Source: a virus
Length of the DNA stretch: 64,000 nucleotides
Reading direction: 5' to 3' (one strand)
IMG/VR virus record: IMGVR_UViG_3300045988_103846
Part shown: positions 32,925 to 42,556 of the stretch, in pieces
How positions within the stretch are numbered: position 1 is the stretch's first letter
Layout: each line of letters begins with the position of its first letter
Made by a program: the position numbers and the translations under genes
The notes under the pieces: model-generated
What the model was told of the DNA's origin: nothing
Databases searched by the model: none
Seen by the model: only the letters and a program-made list of their open reading frames with translations

Positions 32925-34700
32925 TTAAGAGATAACAATGGTCATAGGGTCAGTACCAGGAAGATCCTTAGTTCGATAGCACTTGTAGGTTCCCAGTGGA
33001 GTAGAAGCCTCTACTGGAGCCAAGAACGGAACATCGAAACCACTAGATGTAACCTTGTTGATTGACATGGTGTTAGGGACACAGAGCCACAGGTACTTAG
33101 TAGCATCATCATTGTTAAGAGTCTTGGTACCATTGAGAGAAGAGCCTCCCTTAGTCAGTGAAGTGATAGTCAACTCATTTCCTGTGGTGGCCTTAGAGAA
33201 TCCATAGTATACTGGGAGATATAGATTAGCACTGATAGACCTTGGTGAGTTCTTTATAGTAGTAGAACCCTTCTTAGCAGTGACTGAGCCAGATTTGTAG
33301 CCCCGAGTAGAAAGAGTGAATTTCTCTGAGCCCTCCGCTACATTCTCCAGGGTCTTAGTCTCGCCGTTGAACTGGATCTGGACAGTGTCAGCTACTACTG
33401 GCTTAGAGTTTCTGAGAACCCTGAAAGATACACTGACCTCTACTGAGTTACCTGTCCATTCTGCCGAAGACGGCGAGATGGAAGCCTCAAGTGAAGTCGG
33501 GAAGCAATGGTCCTGCAACTCAGTAATGGCCTTGGTGACAGCCTTGTTTTGAACTGCATTGGTAGATTCTGCATCAAGCTCAGCATCTACTGTAATACTT
33601 CCCCCCGGTGTGTCTGGCTTATTGAGGATAGCCCCTGGAGTTCCGGGCTCGGCATTCCAATCAGGCTTAACATTCTTTTGAGCCCCCTCCTCCATACCAT
33701 CCAGTTTATCCTTATCTTCCTGGGTGAAGTCTTTGGTAGAAAGACCCTTGCCCTCTTCTTTCTGAACGTAGTTGCTGAGGTCCTGATGTTTGGTCAAGAA
33801 GTTGGAATCATTCTCAAGCTCTGACACCTTGGTGGGAACCTTGATATTTACTTCCTTGTTCTCTACTGGAAGCTCAGTTCCATTGACCTTGATCTTCTCG
33901 ATAACGTTTTCTTGACCCCCTGTGCCTGAGCCTCCTGGAATCTCAATATTACCCTCACCGAAAATGGACTGACCATTGATAGTCTTAGTCTTGAGATCAT
34001 TCTCTAATTCGGAGAGCCTGCTGGGGATGTCAGTGGTATTGGCCTTCTCGTTTAGGGATTCTTCTAGAGAATCTACTTTTTGGGAAAGGGAGTCTACTAG
34101 AGTTTTATCGGGTTTAGTCTCTAGCGCTTGGTTTACTTCCTCCTTGGTGTAAGCCTTGTCGGAACCCATAATGCCCAGATCTTCCAGAGTCTTATTGCCC
34201 TCTAGGACTACGTCATTGATAGAAGGCTTATGCTCCAGATCATTGTAGTCTGAAGTACCGCTTCCTCCCGTGTTAACGTTCTTACCTAAATTGACAACCT
34301 CTAGATCGATCCCCATAGTGAGATCAATGCCATAGCCATTCTCACCCTCAGTATCTTGGGTAGAATAGTCTGTATCGCCCTGGCATCGAACCACATGGAT
34401 AATATTGCACTCATAAGCCCTCTTATTCAAGCCCCCCTTAACAAAAGAGACTTCAACATCATAATCGGTAAGCTTTAATTTAGTTCCCGATACTAGAGTG
34501 CTTATGACATTCTTGCCCACAATCTTGAAAGGGGCAAGGCGGAGAACATGGCCATTGATCTGGCTGATTAACTTGACTTCTAGAGACTTAGCATCCCTTA
34601 TATCATAGGGATCAGGAGCCTGAGTCTCTTTATTAGGTGTAGATAGGGCGATGTTCAGGGTAAAGTCATTACCCTGAACCACCGTTACAAAGTTATTCAT
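32925..34700 (-). CDS. tail fibre protein
   Basis: Repeated SELENDL/SELENDSNF heptads and AESTNAVQNKAVTKAITEL, typical of phage fibre shafts. Sits next to the baseplate/fibre genes. Confidence 0.65.
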   Translation of the reverse strand: MNNFVTVVQGNDFTLNIALSTPNKETQAPDPYDIRDAKSLEVKLISQINGHVLRLAPFKIVGKNVISTLVSGTKLKLTDYDVEVSFVKGGLNKRAYECNIIHVVRCQGDTDYSTQDTEGENGYGIDLTMGIDLEVVNLGKNVNTGGSGTSDYNDLEHKPSINDVVLEGNKTLEDLGIMGSDKAYTKEEVNQALETKPDKTLVDSLSQKVDSLEESLNEKANTTDIPSRLSELENDLKTKTINGQSIFGEGNIEIPGGSGTGGQENVIEKIKVNGTELPVENKEVNIKVPTKVSELENDSNFLTKHQDLSNYVQKEEGKGLSTKDFTQEDKDKLDGMEEGAQKNVKPDWNAEPGTPGAILNKPDTPGGSITVDAELDAESTNAVQNKAVTKAITELQDHCFPTSLEASISPSSAEWTGNSVEVSVSFRVLRNSKPVVADTVQIQFNGETKTLENVAEGSEKFTLSTRGYKSGSVTAKKGSTTIKNSPRSISANLYLPVYYGFSKATTGNELTITSLTKGGSSLNGTKTLNNDDATKYLWLCVPNTMSINKVTSSGFDVPFLAPVEASTPLGTYKCYRTKDLPGTDPMTIVIS

Positions 34701-34712
34701 AAGTGTGTGAAT

Positions 34713-37700
34713 TTACAGAGTGACTTGTCGATAAGTGAATTTAATAGTGGAATTACTCAACCAGAAATCATGTCTAACTGTAGTCCATCCACTAGTACCC
34801 TCTTGAGTAGCTATCAAAGAAGCCGATAAACCATTGTAAGCACCATTATTGTTTCGGGTAATAACTAGAGGAGCTATTCCAAAACAAGTCTGAAGATAAA
34901 CAGGGTAGTGTTGAACAAGGTTCATGAGAACTAACATAGAGTTCTTAGTAAAACCAAGGTTGTTTAAGGAAACTCCATAGTTGCTGATATCTACTACTCC
35001 ATAACCAGGTCTCGGACGGTAATGAGGTATCTCAGTGGTATATAGCTTGATAGGTCCCATAAAGGCCTCCTGAGAATTAAACTTAAAACCATAGTCTTTA
35101 GCTAACATCTCCAAGTCTAACCCTCGGTCCCCCTGATCATTTATGTCTTTGAGAGATAGTTGGAAATATTCTCTTCCAGACCTGATTAGGGAGATTCCTG
35201 AAGAGTGGATCTTTATAGATTGACCCTGATTAAAAGTATTAAGTATCAACAGAGGGTGTATAAGAGAACTATCAACAGAGCTCTTTAAGTTAAATAAAAA
35301 CTCTATGCCTTGAAGAGTAAGGGTTTCCCAACCAGTACCTTTAGCCAGTACCTTACGTGTAATTCGAAGAACAACCTCATATACTCCACCTACTAATTCT
35401 GGTATTGCTTCTCTAACCTCAGTTTTAGAATCTCCAGAAGAAACGAAGGATGGGAAATAAGCTTCAAACTCTTCTTGATCTAACAGTGTTTGGAATGATA
35501 TAGGGTAATCTCCTGTGAGAGACATTAATACACACTCAGTGTTTTGGGTTTTATTCTTTAAGACCAAATGAAGACCAAGGTCACCTTCAAAACCACTGAT
35601 CTTTGACAATTGACTTTCAGCTGAAGAAGTAGGTCCATATTCTAGATGATCGGCTTGGGATATCTTAGAATTATAGACTGCTAAGACAGTGGATCCTGGG
35701 AACTTATACCTGTCTTTCGGTGATACCACTACATCAGGTAGTGGTTCTACATCGGGTTGCTTCAATGAAGCTTTTTCTCCTCCTATCACCCAATCAGGTA
35801 TTAGAGTAATATCAATTACACTAGTACCCCCCTGAGCAATAATTCTATCTACTTCTTCTTCTTCAAAACCTATTCGTAAAGGGTCATATTTTATAGTCTC
35901 AGTATTCCCCGTTTTAATAGTCCAGAACATCAGGTCTGAGTTCAGATGTTTCTCAATATAATCAAGAATAACATTCTCTGAATTACCCGAAGAAATAGGT
36001 ATTATCCCATTATTGCCGTTATCATCAAGTATTTTATATACATGATCATAAGTATCGCCCGTAACCAGGGCAATTATAAGAGCATCTGCTTGAACTACTT
36101 TGTCATCCCAATCATTATTTGAATCATAGTAGACTATCTTTATGGTACCACCAGTATAATTTTGCCCATATAAGCTAGTTATAGGAATCATGACTCCCAG
36201 CTGATCTACTACATTGGTAAAATCATCTCCCATAGTAGTAAATGGCTCATTAGACTCAGGATCTATAAGTATTCTCTGAATATCATCTTTATCATATACC
36301 GCCATTTCATTACCCTCAGTCTCTACCCTAGCTCCCTTAGAAGCAGTTTGAAGAACCCGGACAATAGCATTCTCTATTACTGCATTCTCAGTGAAGAGAA
36401 GTCCTGTAGCAATATTAGCAAACTGTCCCTGGAAAGCACCCCAATAAGCTTTACCCTCAGCAGTATTTGGAGCAGGGGTAGTCTGATCGATGAACTGCTT
36501 AGACTGAATAGCTAAATAGTACTTACCCTCTGATTCCTCTGGGCCCTGGTAGTAAACCACATCTACTCGAATAGTAGTGTCATCTTCCATACCAGTATAT
36601 AGACCATCAGCTTTCCAAGGACCCTGGTAGTTCACTACAGTAGCTTTACTAATTGCGCTAGAGCCATCTGAGCCACATCGGGAGTAACTCAAAGATACTG
36701 TAGTAGAACCATTAGACCAAGTATAAGTTATTCTGATCCAGAGGTATTGTCCTGGGATTCCCTCTACTGGAGTAGGGCTCCAAGAAGTAGGAACCTCAGT
36801 GTTTGTAGTGATAGCATACTCGGTCTTAGTTTTAGACTCAATGATATAAGGGGTGTCACCATCATCACCGTCTTTTCCGTCTAGTATTATGAATACGTCT
36901 TCGGTATCCCAAAGTACCCCGTCTACAGAATATTCAAAATGAATCTTACTAGAGATACGACTGCAGTCAATAGCCCCAGAATAGTTCAACAAGCTACCGC
37001 TATCTATCTTATATTTAAGTACACCGTCTTGAGTCTCTTCCTGAGTACTACCAACGGTCTTCAGCTTTTTACAAGTGATACTTACGGGGTCAAGATTGCC
37101 ATTCTTATCTTTGTGAATGACACTTACGGAAGGCTTAAGGCTATAAAGGGTAACATCTTCCCCAGGAGTACCTGCTTTCACGCAATTGACTGAGAAGACT
37201 ACCTGCTTGATATAAGACTGTTCTTTGACAGTAGCTTTTACAGTGATCTCTACCTGGAAAGAATCTACCAGAGAGTTATTGTCTATAGAGACTGTGACCT
37301 TCCCAGTAGAAACATTGGAAACAACATGAACACTGTTAATTGTATTACCCACTAATTTAGTAGTAAGGGAGTCAAGAGTGAGTTTCTTGAGACCATACCA
37401 CATAGACACTACAGGACTAAACTCCCAAGCACTCTCAGTTCTGCCATCATAAGAGAGAGCAATAGACTCAATCTCATTGTCAAGGTCAGCTACAATTGCA
37501 GATTCACCGTCTTCTCCTGATACATCTTGCCAATGGTAGTCGGTAGGATTCTGACTATCTACACAAGTGGATGGATCCGCAGAATAATCTACATAAGTAC
37601 CCATGTACTTGAACTTCTGACCAGAAGGCTTCTGAGTAGTGAAATTAGCCCAATCAGGGGCTAAAGAATTAGCCCAAGCTATATGGAGACAAGCAGAGTT

Positions 37701-38699
37701 ACCCTGATCTCCCTTAATAGGTCCCACATTGGTGAACCCCCTGTGATTCTCATCATTCTCAAGAGTAGTACCTGTATAAGTCCAAAGATCTCCATTGATG
37801 ATATACCCATCTCCAGGAGTTGGTTTTGGATCCATTGGCAAATCATCAATACTCTTAATAGTACCCTTGATAGTCACGGAAGTACCATTCTTACCATCGT
37901 TTCCATCTTTACCTATATAGGTGACTGAATAGACAGTAGAAGTAGTATCATCTGTATAGGTGATAATGGTTCTGGACCAGAGATACTTGCCAACTTCTAT
38001 GTTTGGCATATTGACATTCCAACCCGTAGTCGGGGGAGTGATACCCTGATCGGATAGTACATAGCTTACTTGCGTTGTCTTGATACCACGACCATCTTTG
38101 CCAGTATATGGCTTGAGTCTCCATATATTCCAAGCTCCACCCTCTTCTTTGAGAGCTGCCCATACAGAAGAGTCTTTCTTGACAGCATACCATAAACTTG
38201 GATCAGTATCTGGATCAGGAGGAGTACCATCACCCTCATAATCGGAGTAAGCCCAGGTCAATGAAGCGGGTTGATCACCCCCTGAACCACCGTTTGAAGA
38301 TACAGTGAAGTTATCCAAGGTCAAACCCTCCTCAGTGAAGGTATATCTAGTAGCAGTCATGGACACTATGCCCAAACCACCCTCACCAGTAGAACCCGAA
38401 TTAAGGTTGAATCTATAACCCGTAAATGCCGTAGAGCTCACCTGGGTTATAAGAACATTGTAACCCTCCCCAAACTGTACTATGACGGCCTTATTGGCAT
38501 CATAAAGTTCTTTTAGGTTACTGAAAGTGGTTGGTCCATTAGTGTACCGGATCAACACTACTTGACAAGAGTCATTCAGGTCAAGCTCATCTACCATTCT
38601 ACAAAGAACAGTCTGAAGACTATTACCAGTGATCTCTTTGTTAGTGTTAGTTTTTACTCGGCCTTTGATGTACTCTTTGAGTTCGTCTTTTGTAGCCAT
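34713..38699 (-). CDS. large tail fibre / receptor-binding structural protein (1328 aa)
   Basis: Follows the gpI-like baseplate gene, as fibre genes do in P2/Mu-type tails. Collagen-like bits GKDGRGIK and GKDGNDGKNGTS. Confidence 0.6.
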   Translation of the reverse strand: MATKDELKEYIKGRVKTNTNKEITGNSLQTVLCRMVDELDLNDSCQVVLIRYTNGPTTFSNLKELYDANKAVIVQFGEGYNVLITQVSSTAFTGYRFNLNSGSTGEGGLGIVSMTATRYTFTEEGLTLDNFTVSSNGGSGGDQPASLTWAYSDYEGDGTPPDPDTDPSLWYAVKKDSSVWAALKEEGGAWNIWRLKPYTGKDGRGIKTTQVSYVLSDQGITPPTTGWNVNMPNIEVGKYLWSRTIITYTDDTTSTVYSVTYIGKDGNDGKNGTSVTIKGTIKSIDDLPMDPKPTPGDGYIINGDLWTYTGTTLENDENHRGFTNVGPIKGDQGNSACLHIAWANSLAPDWANFTTQKPSGQKFKYMGTYVDYSADPSTCVDSQNPTDYHWQDVSGEDGESAIVADLDNEIESIALSYDGRTESAWEFSPVVSMWYGLKKLTLDSLTTKLVGNTINSVHVVSNVSTGKVTVSIDNNSLVDSFQVEITVKATVKEQSYIKQVVFSVNCVKAGTPGEDVTLYSLKPSVSVIHKDKNGNLDPVSITCKKLKTVGSTQEETQDGVLKYKIDSGSLLNYSGAIDCSRISSKIHFEYSVDGVLWDTEDVFIILDGKDGDDGDTPYIIESKTKTEYAITTNTEVPTSWSPTPVEGIPGQYLWIRITYTWSNGSTTVSLSYSRCGSDGSSAISKATVVNYQGPWKADGLYTGMEDDTTIRVDVVYYQGPEESEGKYYLAIQSKQFIDQTTPAPNTAEGKAYWGAFQGQFANIATGLLFTENAVIENAIVRVLQTASKGARVETEGNEMAVYDKDDIQRILIDPESNEPFTTMGDDFTNVVDQLGVMIPITSLYGQNYTGGTIKIVYYDSNNDWDDKVVQADALIIALVTGDTYDHVYKILDDNGNNGIIPISSGNSENVILDYIEKHLNSDLMFWTIKTGNTETIKYDPLRIGFEEEEVDRIIAQGGTSVIDITLIPDWVIGGEKASLKQPDVEPLPDVVVSPKDRYKFPGSTVLAVYNSKISQADHLEYGPTSSAESQLSKISGFEGDLGLHLVLKNKTQNTECVLMSLTGDYPISFQTLLDQEEFEAYFPSFVSSGDSKTEVREAIPELVGGVYEVVLRITRKVLAKGTGWETLTLQGIEFLFNLKSSVDSSLIHPLLILNTFNQGQSIKIHSSGISLIRSGREYFQLSLKDINDQGDRGLDLEMLAKDYGFKFNSQEAFMGPIKLYTTEIPHYRPRPGYGVVDISNYGVSLNNLGFTKNSMLVLMNLVQHYPVYLQTCFGIAPLVITRNNNGAYNGLSASLIATQEGTSGWTTVRHDFWLSNSTIKFTYRQVTL

Positions 38700-38713
38700 A
38701 TTGTGAAATTTAA

Positions 38714-39583
38714 TTAATCAAAACTGTTAGTGTTATCGAAGCTGTTGTCGAAAGAACCCTTTTTACCAGGCTGAGGAATATCTCCGAGGATTACCTTTGG
38801 GGAGCCATCATCGTATCTTCCCACTTTGCAATGGATAGGCAGATATTTCTCTATGAGAGCAGCTATGATCTCTTTAGCTTCTTCCAACTTAGCCTCACCG
38901 AGAAGACGTTCCCAGATATCGGAGTCTAGAATAGATACCTTTACTAAGAAATAGAGGCAAGACACGCAATTGCCCTCAGCATAAGGGGCACGAATTTCCT
39001 CATCACCACGAGAATATACATTGATAGACTCATCTCCATCACTATTGGTGTAAGTAGCTAGAACTAAGTGATCATAGACAGGTATGCTCTCATCACCTTC
39101 ACCAATAGTACCACCATTGACAGTCTCTATTAGAGTAATCTTCATACCATAGAATCTACCCAAGATAGTGTAGAAATCAACTGTACCCCGGATCTTGTAT
39201 AGAGAGATGGCATATCTCAGAAGCTCCCTTGGATTGACTTTTGGGAACCAAAAGCTAGTGAGCCATTCCCTGAGATCATCCTTATTGTAAGGTTTATTCT
39301 GGATGATGAGGCCGTAAGCATAAGGTATCTCCCCGAGAAACTCCCAAAGATAATTGAGAAACAGATCAGGAGTCTTATCAAAGTCAATCAAGTCTAGAAT
39401 ATTATCTAGACCCGGTTGGTTAGACTCATCATCTGTTACATGAGCATCGAAATACTCTGCACAAACTCTCATGAGTCTCTGCAGAATACCCCTGCCATCT
39501 TTATCCTTATAAGTATCTTGGTCATGATACCAGAAAGGAAAGAATCGAGGAAAGATATAGTCTTTGAATCTAAACTTGCTCAT
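38714..39583 (-). CDS. baseplate protein, P2 gpI / Mu gp48-like by position
   Basis: 289 aa, immediately after the J-like gene with a 14-nt overlap. Called by synteny only. Confidence 0.45.
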   Translation of the reverse strand: MSKFRFKDYIFPRFFPFWYHDQDTYKDKDGRGILQRLMRVCAEYFDAHVTDDESNQPGLDNILDLIDFDKTPDLFLNYLWEFLGEIPYAYGLIIQNKPYNKDDLREWLTSFWFPKVNPRELLRYAISLYKIRGTVDFYTILGRFYGMKITLIETVNGGTIGEGDESIPVYDHLVLATYTNSDGDESINVYSRGDEEIRAPYAEGNCVSCLYFLVKVSILDSDIWERLLGEAKLEEAKEIIAALIEKYLPIHCKVGRYDDGSPKVILGDIPQPGKKGSFDNSFDNTNSFD

Positions 39584-41312
39584 GAATGTTCAGTATAAGG
39601 GAATCAGATGTGTTCTTGAAGATTGGTATGGTCTTATAAGAAGAATCACTCTTTGATGCCAGATTAGTATTCATCTGACCGATGTAAAAGTAATACCTAT
39701 CCCCAGGATTATACATACCGAAAGCTATAGTGATAGTGAAGTCGAACTCTGTTAGCTTGATCCTGAGGGCTTCCCCATAAGTGCCTTTGAAAGTTCGGCT
39801 TCCCACTGTGAGAGTGTACCCCTTTTCCAGAATCCCAATGTAAGCATCGGTGAATTCAGAATCAGAAGTATAACTGTTCTGAACGAATGAAGTTATCTTT
39901 AGATTTGGGGAAGCTTTGTCACTAGACTCTGAAGATACCAAAATAGGCTGAGGGAGGATGTACATCCTCTTGATGTTAAGATAGTCTACAGTAGATAGAT
40001 TATCTATGAGACTGTAGACATCTGACACCCTTACAGCCCTGCCCAGCTCGGCATTATTATAGCCATAGGACTCTTCTAGAGCTTTAACTATCTGATCCTT
40101 GATGTCTAAGGAAGCAAATGAAGTTCTTCCGAATACTTCTAAGTCTAGATATATGTAAGCGGGATATACCGGAAGAACGGAGAGAGTAGTGGTTATTACC
40201 TTAGACTTATTGAGCTGAGCCTCTACGGCATCAATCAAAGCCCTAGATGCTTCAACTCCACCGTTGTCTGGGGTTATGTATACTCTAACCTCTTTTCCGC
40301 AAATGTATTCTACATAAGCCTTGTTCACTCCCCCGACCAGCTTAGCCATAGCCTCAAAGTCTTCTTTAGTTATGGCTACTCCCAAAGTCTTTACTGAAAG
40401 AGGGACATGGTCTTTGAGCATAGAGAAGTTTTCATAATCAGAACCTCCTGATGCTGGATTGAAATTAGTGACAACTATATTAGACAGATCTGCACCAGAT
40501 ATTGAAGGTAGGGAACTGAAAGAGCCACTAGCGATATTACCACTAGATCCATAGGTGACTTCATATTCACCCTCAATAGATCCACCAAGTTCTGGAACAG
40601 CCCCGAATTTACCGTCCCCGAATACCACTAGTGGAATGAGATCACCTCCGAGCTCAACTTTATAGACCTTGTCATCAGGTCCAGAATAAGCAAAAGTGTC
40701 TACCAGTGTCCAGGTCTCCCCATCTATAGTGAGAATCATAGAACCCTCTACGTAGAACTTGCCGTCAGGAATACCCCTGAGAGCAATAGTAATGTTTGGA
40801 TCTATGATCTGACCAAAAGATATCTTAGAGGAGTCACCAACTTTCTCTTTCTGAACTACGGGTACCTTGATGGACTTAGGATATAAAGTCTTATCCCAGA
40901 TTATACCGTCTTTTGCTACTACTGTCCAGACTTTACCATCATCGGAGGTGAAAGTAGTTCCAGCTGGAATGTAGATTGAAGACTTCAGATCAGAGCCGTC
41001 TTTAGTGTAGAGAGTTAAATCTACTGAAGCAGGTATAGCACTCTTTACATGATAGTCTACCAACTTAGCATGTTTGAAGAGAGAGCTATATCTTCTAGCG
41101 GAGACAAAGAATGTCTCTCTAGCCATATTATCTATGTAGTAATGTATTACCTCAGCAATACCTGCTAGAATAGATATAATGATGATAAAAATATTACCCT
41201 CACTGTAATCTGTGATCTCAGGAACATTATTTCTCAGAGAGATCTTAAGTTGTTCCTTAATACTGTTGAAAGATCTCTGGTAGGGGTTTACCCAAGGATT
41301 TTTAGTAGGCAT
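39570..41312 (-). CDS. baseplate wedge protein, gpJ / T4 gp6-like
   Basis: About 580 aa, follows the gp25/W-like gene with an overlap. Start set to the ATG at 41312 (MPTKNPWVNPYQ). Confidence 0.55.
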   Translation of the reverse strand: MPTKNPWVNPYQRSFNSIKEQLKISLRNNVPEITDYSEGNIFIIIISILAGIAEVIHYYIDNMARETFFVSARRYSSLFKHAKLVDYHVKSAIPASVDLTLYTKDGSDLKSSIYIPAGTTFTSDDGKVWTVVAKDGIIWDKTLYPKSIKVPVVQKEKVGDSSKISFGQIIDPNITIALRGIPDGKFYVEGSMILTIDGETWTLVDTFAYSGPDDKVYKVELGGDLIPLVVFGDGKFGAVPELGGSIEGEYEVTYGSSGNIASGSFSSLPSISGADLSNIVVTNFNPASGGSDYENFSMLKDHVPLSVKTLGVAITKEDFEAMAKLVGGVNKAYVEYICGKEVRVYITPDNGGVEASRALIDAVEAQLNKSKVITTTLSVLPVYPAYIYLDLEVFGRTSFASLDIKDQIVKALEESYGYNNAELGRAVRVSDVYSLIDNLSTVDYLNIKRMYILPQPILVSSESSDKASPNLKITSFVQNSYTSDSEFTDAYIGILEKGYTLTVGSRTFKGTYGEALRIKLTEFDFTITIAFGMYNPGDRYYFYIGQMNTNLASKSDSSYKTIPIFKNTSDSLILNIHEQV

Positions 41313-41766
41313 AAGAAGTATTAGTTGAATGGTCATACTGAAGCACTGCTTCTCCCTGGTTATCCAGGTCTGTAGCAAACTTCACTTGAATAAAAAGCTG
41401 GGAGTCTTGACGAAAACTAGATACCTCTATGGCCTTGATCCTAGATTCCCACTGCTGTATAGAAGTCTTGACAAATTCTCTGGTCATGTGTTCAAGAAGA
41501 ACAGTATTCTGTTCCTCTATACATTCCCAGAGACGAGAACCAAAGTTCTCTTGTCTAAACCTCTGTCCTATCTGATAGATGAATAGGGCTGTGAGATTAT
41601 TCTTGATGAGAATCAGCCCAGACTTAGGGTACCATCCCACCTTCTTGATCTTAGAGCCATCGGGCTGTTCTATGTACTCGTCATTGCCCTGAGCATCTTT
41701 TGGTGTAGTCAATTGGATAGGGAATATCATTCCAGATCCAAAGGTAGACAGTTGTTTAAGGTTCAT
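41302..41766 (-). CDS. baseplate wedge protein, gp25/gpW-like
   Basis: 154 aa. FGSGMIFPIQL near the N-terminus (G-x-G-x-x-FP pattern of the GPW_gp25 family). Position fits. Confidence 0.55.
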   Translation of the reverse strand: MNLKQLSTFGSGMIFPIQLTTPKDAQGNDEYIEQPDGSKIKKVGWYPKSGLILIKNNLTALFIYQIGQRFRQENFGSRLWECIEEQNTVLLEHMTREFVKTSIQQWESRIKAIEVSSFRQDSQLFIQVKFATDLDNQGEAVLQYDHSTNTSYAY

Positions 41767-41790
41767 GGGCCTTGAGATTTTATAAGGGTT

Positions 41791-41803
41791 AAAACTGGTC
41801 TTG
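41791..41803 (-). promoter_or_regulatory. copy 2 of the conserved 13-mer CAAGACCAGTTTT
   Basis: Ends 24 nt upstream of the ATG at 41766. Confidence 0.5.
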
Positions 41804-41811
41804 AGTTTTTA

Positions 41812-42555
41812 TTAATGTAGTACCTTAGTGTCTTCTAGACTAGGTAGTTGAGTAGTTATGAATTGAGTCACTTGGGTACCTGATTTTGCAGCAATCAAAT
41901 CAGCTTGAACAGCGGTGATAAATTGCTGCAGAACCCGAATGTCTATCAGACCTCTAGTGCCCTTGTTTAGAGTGATCTTACTAGATGAAACATTGATATT
42001 AGACTGGCCCACAGTGACATCTACCTCTTTGTTGGAAGATATAGATATATCATCAGAGATCTTTACCTGGGTGTCCCCCTGGTTGAGGGTCAACCCATTT
42101 TGGTCTATCTCTAGAGTAAATTTTTCCCCAAAGATAAGATGCAAAGCATCGCCATCTTCTTTCTCTTCTAAATAAAGCTTATGCCCCTTTGGGGTGACAA
42201 TTCCGCAAGTGCTTTTAGAATTGGTGTCCCTTAATTCCTCGGGGCATTCCCCCTGTGCCCAAGTATGAGGATGCCATACTGCTTGAGTGGGATTACCATA
42301 CTCAAACTCAATCCAGACAACCTCACCTTTCTTAGGCAAGAAAGACTTGACACCAAAGCCGGGACCACCCTGAATGCTTCCAGCCCGAGCAATAAGCTTC
42401 ATCCCCCCTTGAACTTTAGGGATTTCCACCAGGATATTGCCAGTGTTCTTGTTATCTGGTAAATTGTCTAATACTACAGCTCGATATTGAGAATACCACC
42501 TACCTAGTTTCTCAAAACCTTCTTTTCGAAGAATTTCCCAAACATCTATAGCCAT
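41812..42555 (-). CDS. baseplate central spike, gpV / gp5-like by position
   Basis: Start set to the ATG at 42555 (MAIDVWEILRK), just after the upstream stop at 42557. Has an OB-like N-terminal half and a beta-rich C-terminus. Confidence 0.5.
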   Translation of the reverse strand: MAIDVWEILRKEGFEKLGRWYSQYRAVVLDNLPDNKNTGNILVEIPKVQGGMKLIARAGSIQGGPGFGVKSFLPKKGEVVWIEFEYGNPTQAVWHPHTWAQGECPEELRDTNSKSTCGIVTPKGHKLYLEEKEDGDALHLIFGEKFTLEIDQNGLTLNQGDTQVKISDDISISSNKEVDVTVGQSNINVSSSKITLNKGTRGLIDIRVLQQFITAVQADLIAAKSGTQVTQFITTQLPSLEDTKVLH

Positions 42556-42556
42556 A